A stretch of 64,000 nucleotides of DNA, from assembly GCF_018350175.1 (NCBI RefSeq), contig NC_058382.1:53322001-53386000 (forward strand). The letters run 5' to 3'. Shown piece after piece: positions 1-13,615 of the stretch. Numbering within the stretch: position 1 is the first letter of the stretch; every line of letters begins with the position of its first letter. Origin of the DNA: Felis catus. Its lineage: Eukaryota. The notes under the pieces are model-generated. The model made no database searches. It was not told the DNA's origin and was given only the letters and a program-made list of their open reading frames with translations. Made by a program: the position numbers and the translations under genes.

Positions 1-3000
1 AGATGGCGATGCCAAGGGGCCTGGAATGCAGAGGGGGTCTCCGGAAGGCGGCTGGGGAGAAGGGCAGCTGGGAGCCGTCAGCCCTGGGCAGCAAAGCAGC
101 CCCGAGGCGGACCAGAAATCCAGTCCCCATCACAAACTCTCTCCCTCCTTTGCGGTGAGGGAAAACCCCGGGCTCAAACCTCCACACTGCCCGTGAAAGC
201 CCGTGCCAGCACGTGCGCTTTGCACTTGCCTTCTGTGCAGTGGGGAGAAAGAGCTTCCTGGCTTTAAAAGTAGAAAACAGCAGAAAAATAAAAAAAAAAT
301 AAATAAATAAATAAATAAAATAAAAAGTCTGGGAGAGCCCAGTAACAAACAAACAAAACAGTCTTTGAGCATCAACACAGAGCTACCTGTATGTGCTACT
401 CACTGGAGCAAAGAGTGGGAGAGAAAGCAGTTCTTAGCTTGTGTCGAAAAGGTCAATATGGGTGAAGGGATTTCTGATTTCTCTTGGCTACCGCTGAGAG
501 GGATGCTATGCATCCTCTTGGGCAGACTCACATGGCCTTCTAAAATGCCACGCATGATTCCGAACACTGCGAAACGTACCGTATGCACCGTAAGATATTT
601 TGTAAGGATTCCAATAGCTCCCTGATGAAGAAAGAGAGAGGGCAGGAAAATAACGAAGAGAAATTTCAGAAAGGTAAACAGGAAATCCTACTCTCCGATT
701 CAAAACGTTCAGCCCAGGAAGAGACCCCCATGTCAGCTTTCCCCCATTTCGTGTACATGCCAGGTGAAATTCGTCTTCAAGTATGAACAAGCCAGAGGCA
801 TGCACCACAGCGGCACAGAATCAAGCCCTTTAATTAACTACTATTGGTAACAAAAGGTCTCCGTGTTGATTCACGTTGTTGTTGGAGGCAGAGGGGCGTC
901 AACCGTGGTTCAGAATCCCCTTAACATAACTGTAAACCCAGGACACACAGCTGCTGCAGAAGGAGTCAGGGAAAAAGAAAAGAAACTTTGTAGAACCTAA
1001 TTTAAGGGAAGTGTGACCTCAAGGTGAATTTCGTATCAATTCCATTCTCCCCTCCACTGCCTACCCACCGGCAAGTGAACCTACCCTGCTTTTCAATAGA
1101 CCCAAAATGAACAAAAGACGTTCTTACTGGTTGCATGTGAATAACTCATTAGGTCCAGGGTCTTACACCTGAGGTCACACTGCTCCTGTGGCTGTGTGGT
1201 CTCCAGTGACAAGACCTGTGGTTCCCACAGCTGGGTCTGCGTTTTCCACCCACCGCCTGGAACCGCTCCTCCCCTCCCCCTCCTTGGTGTTACTTCCCAC
1301 CTGAAACTATGTATGCGCCAATGGCTTTGTAATATTTCCTGTGGATGCTGAAAACAGGGGGCATGTCCAATTTTCCCACTGGCTGACCCTTGTCCCAGCC
1401 TTTTCCAAATATCGCAAAAAGACCAAAAAATAAAAAAATAAAAAAATTACAAAATCAAAATCAAAACCAGCCCTTCTGCTTAGCTCATTTATTGCTGATA
1501 GTTTCATTAGGTGCCAGGAAAAGCAAAAACAATGCAGACACTAAACAACAACTTGACAGTGATTTTTGGATGGAGGAAATGGAAGATTCAGCAGTCCGCA
1601 GGTGAAGAGGGTTTCAGCACTGGCATCTGCGAACGGCAGCAGTAAATCTGAGGCTCTGGCAGGTGAATGACTGAATGTGTGCTTTCAGCGGGAACACTCT
1701 TTTACAGGAGCATGGCTTTGTTTTAAGTCACGAGTGCCGTACTTGTTGCAAAAACTCTTTCTTCCCTTTCTTCCCCCCTAAATGCATACCGTTTCTTTCT
1801 TTAAATTGCCCCCTCAAGAGTATCCTAGAGCTCACGGAAAATATGACTTGATATGGCTCGTGATCCTCTACCTGCCCCGATTGATTACATCAGCCCAGGA
1901 GGGGGCCAGTCCCCACCGAAAGAACATTCGGCAGGCTTTGTCTAGAAAGGGGGTGAGACGGTGGTTATGTGGGAGCATGACCTAAATAAACAAACAGCAA
2001 ACAAACAAGTAAGTCCGCGGAATACACACTTCAAGCGAAAGTATTCCCCCCCCCCTTTTTTTTTTTCTCAGTGCCAACAAATCCATTGATGTAATTCGCT
2101 TAAGACACACTCATGGAACTTTTGATGGATTGGTCCGCTCCAAGTCTGCATGTAAGACAGCACTCTGTTCCTTGCTGCCTGGGGGTATGGAGGGCGTACT
2201 TTAAAAACGGAGTATTTAGAAGCCCCGAGGGGCCTGTGATGACGACAGAGTCAAGACCAGCCACTGTTCTCACTTGGGCTTTCTAAACAGAGGCACCAAG
2301 AATTCAGAACTTACAGTCTGTGTTTTCACATGTCCTTTGCATGAGAACACCTGATTCACCATTTCTGGTAAAAGATTTTGATGGGCTCTGCAAGGGAAAC
2401 ATGGTTATGACATACTTCATTTTATGTTTGAATGAAACAAGCTGTGCTAAGGCCCCCACGTGGACACTGGGCATCGGGAAACCATGCTTTGCGTTTTATT
2501 TCTCTAGATGATTCATGGGCAACACGGGAGGTCAAGTTATACAAAATAAAAAGATTTCTGAACACTTCTCCTGTCTTTGCTTGGTTTCGTTTCACTTTTG
2601 GTTTTTATCCCAGTTCATAAAACAATGAACCCTTCCTTACATTTCTCTGCATTCAGATTGGCATAGGTACAGTCAGGATGAAACATGTCCACTCAGCTAA
2701 GTGTAAGACTAGAGGGGAGGGAAAAAAACCAAACAAACTGACGGGTACTTCGAACCCAGGAAATACTATTTATACAAGTTCCATCAGCTTCTCCCACAGG
2801 CGACAGGAAAGCTACAAATGGGCCTCTCCCCTATGTATGTATCCCACCTGCCCTGCCCCGAGGCAGCTCTGTAAGGCTTGGTTGCTTCCGGATGGGTCTT
2901 AGCCAATGTCAGGAACATCTGAAATGGGCAGAGCATAGACATGAGCAGGCTAAGATCCATCACCACCTTCCAAATCAGTGTTACAGCACACAAGACGAAA

Positions 3001-4601
3001 GAACATGTCTTGAAGTCCTACTTTCAACATTGGTGCAAACCAGGGGCAGTTGGGTTAGTTAATTCAAGCTGAGGGACAGTCCCTAAGGCAGATTCCAAAG
3101 CCACCTTTGGTATTATTAGGGTCAAGCGACATCATCACTTGTTTCCACGGCCAAGGCGCTAACATCACGTTACCCAAGGATGCTCACCATGGAAATTGTG
3201 ACATCAAACAGCTGTGGTCTCTGTGGACGTTCATGTTAGAAGACCTTCCTTAGAAGGCACGATCTTGATAAACCATGCAATTTGGGTAGATTTGCACACC
3301 TTACGATATAACATGCACCTACAGAAAATGCGAGTCAGGATCGGAGATGCTGCAGCAAAGGAGAATTTAATCTTTTTGTGATACTGCTTAAGATGAATAT
3401 TTTGTAATAGGCCCAAGAACCATAATATAATCCAGACTGTGTTTCTGAGAAGAAATGAAAGGTAATTAAATGACTTCCCAAATGGTGTGTGATTTAATTT
3501 TCCTACTCTAGCTCGAAAATTGCCAGAAATGAGCCACCCGCTGTACATAGTGGAAATTAGCAAGAGAGAAGAAAGCTAGCAGCTCTCCATTTTTGACTTT
3601 CACTACTGAAATCCCTTAGCCAAAGTGACTCTCTGAATATACACTAAGTAACTCTCCCAAGAGTATCAAGTATTGAACTTTTCATATATCCGCTTATAAT
3701 ATCTAATATCCCGGAGTAACTCAGAGGAATTGTCCTCCTACCCCAAGATTCCCCATCTGACCAAATGCCTTTCTCTTCCTTGCTCTCACCTGTCAATCAA
3801 ATTCACAGATGAAATTTGATTTCTCTCCCACCCGTAACCTTATATGAAAAATTACCAGGAGGGTCAGGACCAGTGTGAACCTTGCCTTAAAAGTTCATTA
3901 ACTCTTTGCTCGCAATGGATGGTTTCCATGTAACAAAACCTGCCATTGGGCCTAGATCATCACATTTAATAGATGGCTTGCAAATTGCAATTATAAAGAC
4001 ACAGACAAAAGACGGGAATAAAAACAAGAGGAATAAAGTATTGGCACTGTGTGGACACTCAGATTAATCCCCAAGGTACATATACATCAAGGTAAAAATC
4101 TGTGTGCGAGAACTATTCAGGAAAAGGTTAATTCCGTGCAAGGCTAGGAAAGAAATCATAGTTACATATTCACAGTCAGGTTATTCAAGCAGTGTGTAAA
4201 AAGTAAGCAATCTGACACTCTTTTTGAATAATGGGGGAACATAGGGTTCTGGTTTCCAACACTCTCAGATTCATTGGATCCTTAAAGTGTCTCCTTCGCA
4301 AAGAGTAGCATTTTGACAGTGTGACTTTTGCCCCCCTCCTCGGTTTCTCTAGAAATCAAAAACTGTATTTCATGCAGATATTTCAGCAAGCAAGTTTTTA
4401 ATAATAAAAAAAAAATATCAAACTTTGTTCCATTAGCCAATAAGAGGTCACAAGAACACATAAAACAATGACGCTAAATAATTGTTGGGGTACAAGTGTC
4501 AGACTCACTTTCTAAATGAGGAGGTTTCATTATTAAATTCACTCTGGGATGCTTACAATTGAGAACCGATTTAAATATCTTAATTTCTTTTCTTTTCTTC
4601 T

Positions 4602-4603
<2 letters not shown>

Positions 4604-4644
<41 letters not shown>
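4604..4644 (+). repeat. T41 homopolymer
   Basis: Direct reading. Confidence 0.95.
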
Positions 4645-4647
<3 letters not shown>

Positions 4648-5274
4648 GGAGAATGAGATTTCTGCCTCCCACCCGTCTCTCACTCTTTCCTTCTGCCTCT
4701 AATCGAAGCGGGCAGTGGCTCCAAAGTCACATTTGGATACGGGGGGGTGGGGGGCGGGACATACTGTGTTTTGACGGGACACCAAACTTTCCAAATGTGA
4801 GTATGGAGTGAATCCTAAGAGTCTGTAAATTGGGAATGTTTACGAGGCCCAGGGAAAGCTGGCCAACGACCACGGATGCCGGTTGTACACCTTCACCCAA
4901 AATGCGTGATGTTCTAACATCAGGCCCGGCTCCATGAGTCAGGAGAGATGCATGCTGGTTAAGGCGAAAGATGTGAGGTTTCCTCAAACCCAATCGATCA
5001 CTCTGTCCACCACACCTACGTAATGAGATAAATGCAGAAACGCATGCATGCTGGTCCCGCAAACTTGGATCTCCCCTTCAGCCTCCCGGATCACCGTTGC
5101 AGTTACGTGGGGAAACCCAGAGACTACAGTTACTAAAGCAGGAGCTTTTCACACCTAAGAAATTATCAGCATTCCTTGCTTGCTTGCTTCCTCCCTCACG
5201 GAAAAGTTATTCAAACGAGCACATGCAAATCAGAAATCAAGATGTACCTCTTTGACTTCAGGCAACAGGGTTTT

Positions 5275-5308
5275 TCACATCACTGATGTAGAGGATTCCC
5301 TTGGGTAC
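5275..5308 (-). CDS. MAF: MAF distal alternative coding exon (393-aa isoform; C-terminus M-YPRESSTSVM*)
   Basis: Minus strand reads ...tttactaaatcag|GTACCCAAGGGAATCCTCTACATCAGTGATGTGA. Joined to the same donor it gives ATG TAC CCA AGG GAA TCC TCT ACA TCA GTG ATG TGA. This matches the recalled YPR(D/E)SST(S/T)VM tail of rodent/avian long c-Maf. Intron is 5309-18013 (12.7 kb). Confidence 0.9.
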
Positions 5309-6349
5309 CTGATTTAGTAAATATATTAAAATAAACAAAGGGTAATTAATAACCATGAAGAAGGTTTCAAGGACAGTACGTCAAAGGCAGCCTAGCTATC
5401 TATGAAAAAGGCAGAATTAGACCCAAGGAAGAGGGATTTAGGTTCACTTGCTTTAGCATCCTGGCCTCAGCCCTGCCAGAGGAGGGGTTCACACGGAAGA
5501 GAATGGCACGCAAGGCAAGGTCACCCCCTCTGACTACGGCTCTGACCCCAAGGAAGCTGAGATATAGAGATACTTACGCGCCTGACAGTCTGGATCAGCT
5601 TTGAAGTCCAGCTTTGAAGCCCATCCCTCTGGGAGCCCAACCGGTCCCCCTTCCCCTGGATCTTTGCTAGGGCACATTCTCTTCCATTTTCCCCCTCCTC
5701 CTTCCTTGCTCTGGTCTATTCTGCTGGTACCGCTGACCTTAACTACAAACGTTCTCTCAACAAATAGAAACGTTCAGATACCACCCTTTTATTTATTAAC
5801 TTCCTCTCTGTTTAAATTAGTAGCAGGGAATTCTTAAAACCAGGATATGAAAATGAGGTTGCTTTAAAAAAAAAAAAAAGCCTTCTTGCCTCACAGTGAA
5901 TAACAAAGCACAGTAATTCAAAGTAGTTAGCTTTCTATGGTTCAAAAAACCCTTATTGCTATTAGCCGCACTAATGTAAGTGGCAAAATAATTATCATTT
6001 ACTGTACAGAGTCCAATATTTTCCAGACAGCAGCTTAATAACAAAGCAGACCTGTCATTTCTCCCTATAGTTAGTCACACCATACAAGTTCAGACTGTCA
6101 AAATATATTTAAAATCTAACGTTAAAAATTCAACATGGTTACAGAGAATCTGTGTACAGTAACTGCCATAAACCAGTAAGTCAATCTGATTTTTTTCTTC
6201 CAAGATGGATACTCGCTTATGTCCCTTTAATCCCCCACACTTTTATTTGGTTAACTCCAAATTGTCACGGGTACGAACAAATTCACTATACATATACACA
6301 TGCTGAAATCCGTAGGCTACTGTAACTGCCCATAGAATCTTTCTTTACT

Positions 6350-6573
6350 GGGGCGCCTGGGTGGCGCAGTCGGTTAAGCGGCCGACTTCAGCCAGGTCAC
6401 GATCTCGCGGTCCGTGAGTTCGAGCCCCGCGTCGGGCTCTGGGCTGATGGCTCGGAGCCTGGAGCCTGTTTCCGATGCTGTGTCTCCCTCTCTCTCTGCC
6501 CCTCCCCCGTTCATGCTCTGTCTCTCTCTGTCCCAAAAATAAATAAACGTTGAAAAAAAATTAAAAAAAAAAA
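6350..6573 (+). mobile_element. Feline CAN-SINE (SINEC_Fc type), full length
   Basis: GGGGCGCCTGGGTGGCGCAGTCGGTTAAGC head, (CT)n region and A tail. 16-bp TSD with 2 mismatches (AGAATCTTTCTTTACT / AGAATCTGTCGTTACT). Confidence 0.95.
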
Positions 6574-8769
6574 AGAATCTGTCGTTACTTAAATTTTCAT
6601 TGAGCGTAACTCGCCTGGTATTTCAAATGCCCCTTCTCTGGATGGTATAACTATGCATTCAGACACCTGGACAAACACGTTTGTGCTCTTCTCTCTGTCA
6701 GAGCTGCCCCGAGCACATCATGGGTCTCCATTCACACATCTTGTTAGAAATGCCTTCAAAATCTTACAGTGCAGACTACTTTTCTTCGTGTCATAGTATC
6801 TATTAATCTTTGCTAAATATATTATTTCTATGCCAACAACAACAACAACAAAAAAAAGGAAACAGAAAACACAAAGTTAAAAACCTGGAAATGTTATCAC
6901 TAACATCAATTGTTCTTCGTTTGAAGTTCCGAGGGCTAATCTCTAAACAAACAAACAAACAAACAAACAAAAACCCTTTCTATTTAAGGATCCCCCTCCC
7001 CACAGCCCCGTTTAAAAAAAAAAAAACTTTAGGAAAAACAGATTCTTTTAGAAATGCAAGTGAATACTTTAAAAGCTTAAGAGATTGCGGAAAGAATATT
7101 TTTGTAATTCCTTTGGGGCAGTGCAAACATATGTTAAGCTTCTTCAAGGAGTATTTACATGAGATCATATACTTGTGAGGCGTTTTTCAATTTTAGAAAA
7201 ATATTACAAAGCAATAATTGAACATAGGCTTTGCAAAATGCTCCTCTGTCTTCCTGACAGTCTCATTGACAGTCTCTGTTATTTTTGGAGAAAACGAATC
7301 AGGCCTCATTAAATGTAATATTTGGCATCTCGCCTGCAATCTCATAAAGTAGATGTCCTTTTTAGATCATTGGTGTCATTTTCCTCAAGATGACCTCTAC
7401 TCTTTGGCCATCCGGGCAGCCCATCCTGTTATCAAGGCATTTACTTTCAAAAGGGCGGGGGAGAGAGGTTCTGTGCCGACACCTGAATAGAGTCCAAAAG
7501 CCAATGCGGCTTCTCTGTTCTCATCAGCTTTACCCAGGCTAGTCATCTGGGGAAGAGTGGTGGGGGCAAGGGGTTCTCGAAAGCGGAGGCTTTCGAGCTG
7601 GACCACCATCGTGTCATCCAGGCCAGACGTCTGTTAGCGCAGAGCCTCCAACAGTTGGAGACATTCACCTAATGATTAAATAGTATTTTGAAATAGCATA
7701 GGAGCATGCAGTGATGTTCCAAGGGAGATTTTAAAAGGTCTGGGTGCCCACACAGCTCAGGGAATTAACATGGACCTGGCACCCTGAAAATACGCTGTGG
7801 ATGGTCAGCATGTGTCTCTGCACTGCCCCGCATCGCCCCAAGTAGGCGAAGGATTTATGGGTAAATCACCCTAAGACAGACATTTCAGAGTAGGTTTTGC
7901 TCATGCCTACAAAATTATGGAGTAGAGGGATTCACTGTCATGTGATCGTGTTTATTTTGTAATGTGGAAACTGCAGATTGATCTTTCAGTCGCTTCTCCC
8001 TCTACAGTGCGTTAAAGGGTTCCCTAGATTGGTAGGTAGATAGATGGGTCATAGATTGATAGATAGATAAATGGCAGATCAAAGAATATGTTGCATCTAT
8101 TGCACGAAAAGGGAAAGACTGAAATACCATCTTTTCACAGATTTAATCTTAGAAGGATTACCAAGGTTCCCCCCCCCTTTCTATCAAAAGGGACTTTAGT
8201 GCAATCTGACGGTGTAAAATTGTCTCAGATGCTGAGATCATTGTTTCAGTTTTAACATATTTTTCTGCACATTACCAAATCCATCCTGGAGGGACGGAAA
8301 AAGAAAAGAGACATCTATTTAAGAAAGTGTAATGTTCCTTGCCTCCGTATTTGTGGATCTAAAAAACTGAGGGTCCCCATAAGTAACAGGCCCTACATGG
8401 GAGGACTCCTTTCTGAAATTAGTGCTTTTAAAATCTGTGGTGGTAAAACGGGGCCTGAGCGCCCCAGATTGGCCGGGAGCACTGTGTGAAATCCGCGAAA
8501 GCAAGCAGGACCCTCTTGCTGGGGCTGCTGTCGAAATGCTAACAAAGTTGGCTTGACTCGCTTTCCTGTGTAAGGAACATCAAACCATACCACGGGAAAC
8601 CCCAACCATACAGAGATCTCTGGGAAGCCTGTAAAACTTGCTATCTGGGTTTCCTTCTTTCTTTCTCTTTTCCCTCCTCTCTCTAACCAGAGCAGGAAAA
8701 AAGACAGATCTGAAAAAATAGGCCGGGAAATTAATAGAGGAAAAAAAAAAAATCAAATGATCTGGAGCC

Positions 8770-9520
8770 GATGATCTTCAAGCTCCTGGGTCCGCTGGCG
8801 GGTGGGGTGGGGGTCCCAAGGTGAGGGGTGGAGCCTTTTAGGGCCGAATCAGGCTCCCTCCCTCTGCGCCCACCGGGGAGCGCCGAAGAGCTGACAGTTT
8901 TGATGTCCCCTGGCGCTCCAGTCTGGCCAGGGCAGTCCTCTTGGAAAATAAACCAAATTCCAATACAAATCCGAGGCCCCCGCTGGGGCGTGCGCGCCTG
9001 ATGGGCGCGGGGCACAGGGGCGCGCTGGGGACCGCGGCGGTTAGCGCCCCCGGGCGCCGGGGAGGCATCCTGGGCTTCTCCGAGGGGAGCCCGGTGGCCG
9101 GCATCCAGGAGCGCGCTAGCCTCCCGGGCGGGCGCAGCCTCGGGCCTGGGGAGAGCAGGGACTGCCCGGTGACCTCAGGCAGCCTCCAGGACCCGCCCCC
9201 GCGGTTCCTGCCTTCTGTCGTTCAGCACCTGCCTTGCCCAGCCCGGTCCCAGCCCCGGATCCCAGAGCGTGGGGCGCATACCTGGCCCCACGACTCCCCA
9301 GCAGTCAGGTCCTGGCGGTGATGGCCAGGGCAATGGGCCCCGAAGAGTGTATACAGAGACAGGGCGAGAACAGAGTGTTTGTGTGCAGGGGGGCGGGGCG
9401 GGGGGTGGCGGGAGAGGAAGCCCGGAGGTGGACAACCTCAGCATCCTCCGGGGCCTTCATGTCCTGCACTCCAGGCTTCAAGACCCTTGGCACCAGAGGC
9501 CGCAGCCGGTGCTGAACATT
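8770..9520. promoter_or_regulatory. Secondary (orphan) CpG-rich island inside the distal MAF intron
   Basis: Abrupt GC/CpG-rich block (e.g. ggcgtgcgcgcc, gaccgcggcggttagcgcccccgggcgccgg) with GC boxes, in otherwise AT-richer unique DNA. Confidence 0.65.
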
Positions 9521-12500
9521 CCAGAGCCACCTCCCAGCTCCTCTCCCATCCAAGCTTGCCAGCCCTTCTCTCCAGCCCTGGGTTTGGCCACACCTAAACT
9601 GGGGCAGGAGGGACTTTGACCACGACCTTAGCTTGGGCACTGCCTTCTGGCCCAAGGGAATGACCTCCGACTCTCTGATGGCCCTGGGCAACTAGGCCTG
9701 GGAGAAAGAGGTGGTAACGATTACAGAGAGGGCACTGGAATGGGGCAAGGGTCAGGTGATAAGAGGCCAAAGCCCTGGAGCTCAGGACATGGGTCATTCT
9801 ACTTAGGAATCATGGCGATCTCGGGGTCTGCCAGTCCCTTGTCAGTCACCCTGCAAGCAGATCACTTCTGGGGTGAGGTGGGGCCCCGGGACCGACCTAG
9901 CTTTGATCCCTGGATTGGGATCTTAAGCGAAGGCTGGCTTCTGAGAGCACTACTCCCCAGCCCTGCACGCCAGCCCCCTCCTGTTCTCTGCTCCTCTGGC
10001 CTAGTTTGGGGTGGCCTATCCACTCCGGGACCCTCAGAGCATTCCTTCTGGAGAATGCCCTCAAAGAAGGCCAGGAACCCACTTACGGGGGACAGGGGCA
10101 AATTCTGGCTACAAAAGGGAATCTGCACCCCCGACCGGACTTTTCAGCCCAGGATGGCCTTCGCAGCCATCCTGGGGAATTCTCACAGAAGAGCGGTTTT
10201 CACGCGTCTCTGCCCGGTTCTGTAAGGCTTCGTGGCCTCTCCTATTCCCTGACTGAAACCACCGACCACAAGGAAAAACCATGTTTTGGAATCTTAGCTT
10301 GGAAATGCTCAAGGTTGGTCATCAGAATATTTAGAATAAACTCAGAATCCAAATCCCCAGCGTGTAGCTCACACCCAGGCCTGGGCTGGGCGGGGACCGA
10401 GGGGTGTGGGGGGTGAGCACAGAACTATTTCCTCTCCTGCCCTCCTCTTCCCGAATGTCCACAAACACCCCTCCCTCATCCTCCCTTCTTGAATTAATGC
10501 CCCTTTCTAATCGCCACTAAAGATCCAAGAATCTGTGGAGAAGAGAGGAATGCGATTTTGCAATCCTAAGTCCTAATTATGGGGGGGGGGTGAAATTGTT
10601 ATTTGACAAAAAGAAAGGAGAGGAAAATGAATTTTGTTGAACAGAGGAAGAGGTGCTCAGGAGATGATTATGCTCTGAGTAAGGGACTGTCATTCCACTC
10701 ATAGCCTCTCTGTGGCAAATGTGTTTTGCGAGCGTCTTCAAACTGTGCAACTCCGATGCAAAATTCATATAAAGATCTGATTTCCGTGTGCTACGGACGT
10801 GTTCTTTCTTTCTCGGCCTTACTACAGCGGGCAAACTTCCGGAAAACACACATACACACCAAGTGCTTTCAGACTGAAACAATAAAAACTGCCGTGACCT
10901 CCTAAAACCTACCACGGGGACCCTATACGTTTTGCCAGAACATGTCTGTCTGGTCCAAAAGGTCACCGCTGTAAAATGGCACACTGATACCTTTACAAAG
11001 GTCCCAACATTGAGACAGTGACAATTTCCCCTGATTCCTCCGTTTGGGTGTGAGCGCTGAGGCTGTTTGGGAAAAGGAAACAGGCCGTCAGACCTTGTTT
11101 GCACCTGGCCCCTGTGAACGCTGGGCCTGTCGTTAGCCAGCGAGCAAGTGAAATTCAGACTGGCCACTGGGATTATTCCCGGGAGTCTTGCCTTCCGAGT
11201 CCTCCCCACCACTCTGCCTTGCTACCCTCATTTCTCACCGCCCACAGAGGGTGCAGAGAACAGGAGCCCGGGGTCCTGCTACGCCTTTGCGCAGGGCAGT
11301 TGGATCTGCTTTGTTTTCTGTTTTGTCCCTCTCTAAAGGGTAAAGATGTTCCCGCATTGTTACAGGACTGTACTCCTTTATGCCCCGACAATCATGAGAC
11401 AGCCTGGGAGACTGAAATTCTCTCACCCTGTCCCCTACCCCCCGCTGGAGAAAAAGTGCTAGACAGAGCTGGGTTTGTTCAGGAGCCTGGGCGGAGCAAG
11501 GCTTTAAGAGAATTCCCCTTTCCTGGGGGCTGTTTGATGTCTAGGGTTTGAAGATTTATATCAAAAGTGAGAAAGGCAGGGTTATCAGAAGGTGGGGTAG
11601 GGCCCCTGCTTGCTTTTAAAACAAATGCAAAAACAAACAAACAAATCCTGACTCAGACGTCCGGACCCTGGACCATCACTCACACAGACGGCCGCTGTAG
11701 GCCCTGCTTTGGACCTGGGACATCTTTCCCATTTAGGGCGAGCCCGCAGTGAGGGCAAACTTCAGGTTCCCCTTATTTGCCTCGCAAGAGCAAGGAAGAC
11801 ACCGACCCCGAAGAACTCATTCAGCATCTTGAGGAATAATCAGAAGCGGTGGAAATTACAGCCCATCACCGTGGATAAATCTTCCCTTAAAACAAAAAGA
11901 AGACTAAGACATTTCTTCATAGGAAGGGGCAACATTATTTTTTAGAAATCAAATGAAAGTAAATCACAGCGGGGAGCCTCTCAAATCAGCCATCTAAAGG
12001 GGGAGGAATCTGGCCTCCCGATTCCTTTTATGCGTGTTTACATGAAAAGTAAGGCCAGGAGCCTGGCTGTGTGTTTCCCTGGCAAGGAAGTCGAATGGCT
12101 GGAGGTTGTCACTCATGTATTTTAGCCTCCCATCCACCTCGGTTAGGCTTTAACTACCGACAGGCAAAAAATAGAGACACCTGTGTGGCAAGCAGACTTT
12201 TAAAAATATCGATTGGCCTAGAATACCAGAGGAGAATGTTTTCTAAAGCCAAGAGTGTGTGAATACGGAAGTAAGTTGGCCTAAACAAAGCTAGGGCAAC
12301 ATCAGCAAAAGCCTCCCAACGTACTATAGTCTGGGAACCTTTGTGTCAGAAGCAACTTTAGTTGTTCAGACAGGGAGGCGCTAAGAACACAGCCCTACAG
12401 GTCTGCTGCAGACCATGTCTGTGAAGGTGGCTGTGGCTTGCGCTGTTCATCGTGTTTAGCAGGAAAGCGGTGGTTTGGCATAGGGGAGGTCCTGTCCGAG

Positions 12501-12767
12501 AACAGAAGTATCCAGAGTTGATATTACTAAATAAAAACTACTGGGCGAAAGGTAGGAGGGAGAAAAGATCAGGGCATTAGACTCTTGCGTTACATAATAA
12601 ATAATTTCCCATTGGGAAAGGGGCCCAGATGGGTATGGCATGGAGGCGGAAAATCATGGCGTCCAGACATCGTGTCCTCACCAAGATCGGGACGTGGCAT
12701 CTCTGTCTGTTTCGACGTCAGTCTGTGACCGTGTCAGATACATTGGGAAAGGTTCTTACGCTTTTGA

Positions 12768-12784
12768 TTTATTATTTTTTTATT
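12768..12784 (-). terminator. MAF: Tandem AATAAA signals; probable 3' end of the 413-aa isoform
   Basis: tttatt on plus at 12768-12773 and 12779-12784, about 750 nt downstream of the exon 2 stop. Confidence 0.55.
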
Positions 12785-13521
12785 TTTTTTTTGTAAAAAA
12801 AAAAATATATAAAGTAGGGAAATACAAGGGAGGCGATTTTATGAATGGCCTGGGAGCGGCAAAGTGGAGGAAAAAAAGGCACCTGGAGGGTGTGGTTTAA
12901 CTAACTTTCGTGTTTTGCCGGGCGGTGTTTTCACTCACAGCTATGGCTGATAAATGAACGCGTTCAATACGATACTATCCGGGGCCTACCAGACAGCCAG
13001 GCCCCGCTTGGGCTGGGCTAAAACTCCTACCCGTGGCATCCGCTTGGGGAGGGGGAGGCGAGCAATTTTTGTTTCTTCTTCTTAGTAACATTATCTGCCA
13101 GAGAAACAATGAAGTGTGGAAAAGTACTATTTAGAGTGTGCGTGTCTACAGAGGCTTCCAAAACGCTAGCTGTTACCTTCTGGGAACCTTCTCTTCCTAC
13201 CAACGGACACGGAGATCTCCTCTAAACTTCAGGGGATTTTGAAAAGCTGATCTTGCAGGCTGAAAACAATGGCACCTATCTTAGTTTGTCGCGTCGTGGA
13301 GCCAGAAGCATCCATGCGCTTTTTCCTCTAGGTTGGCAGAGAAGACCTTCAGGCCAGGGGGACAGTCACCAGCACAGAGGTTAGACATGGGCTAGCTTTC
13401 TTCTCTAACACAATCATTTTTCTTTAAAAAGGAAACTAAACAGAAGTCAGGGGCAGGGTGTTGTCCAAGGCCGCAAATAATAATAATAATACATTGTTAA
13501 TGTACGGTTTGCGCATAAATT

Positions 13522-13615
13522 TCATTTTGTGAATACACTGGCAGGTACGCTTTGCTGGGCCTTCCAAAACGTGGGGTATCCCACTGATGGCTCCAACTCA
13601 CGAGTGGGCTCAGTT
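13522..13615 (-). CDS. MAF: MAF alternative terminal coding exon (long isoform, 413 aa; C-terminus [31 protein letters not shown])
   Basis: Minus-strand acceptor ...aaattcctttcattccacttacag|AACTGAG. Joined to the donor AT|GTGAGT (exon 1 ends at 18014) it gives ATA ACT GAG... in frame, 30 more codons, then TGA at 13524-13522. Closely resembles the human 403-aa isoform tail as I recall it ([31 protein letters not shown]). Intron is 13616-18013. Confidence 0.93.

Noticed and set aside
6350..6430. tRNA-like A/B boxes in SINE heads (all copies)
   Set aside because: tRNA-derived CAN-SINE heads, not tRNA genes.
10577..11212. 211-aa minus ORF in the MAF intron
   Set aside because: No AUG-led coding signature, domain or convincing splice context.
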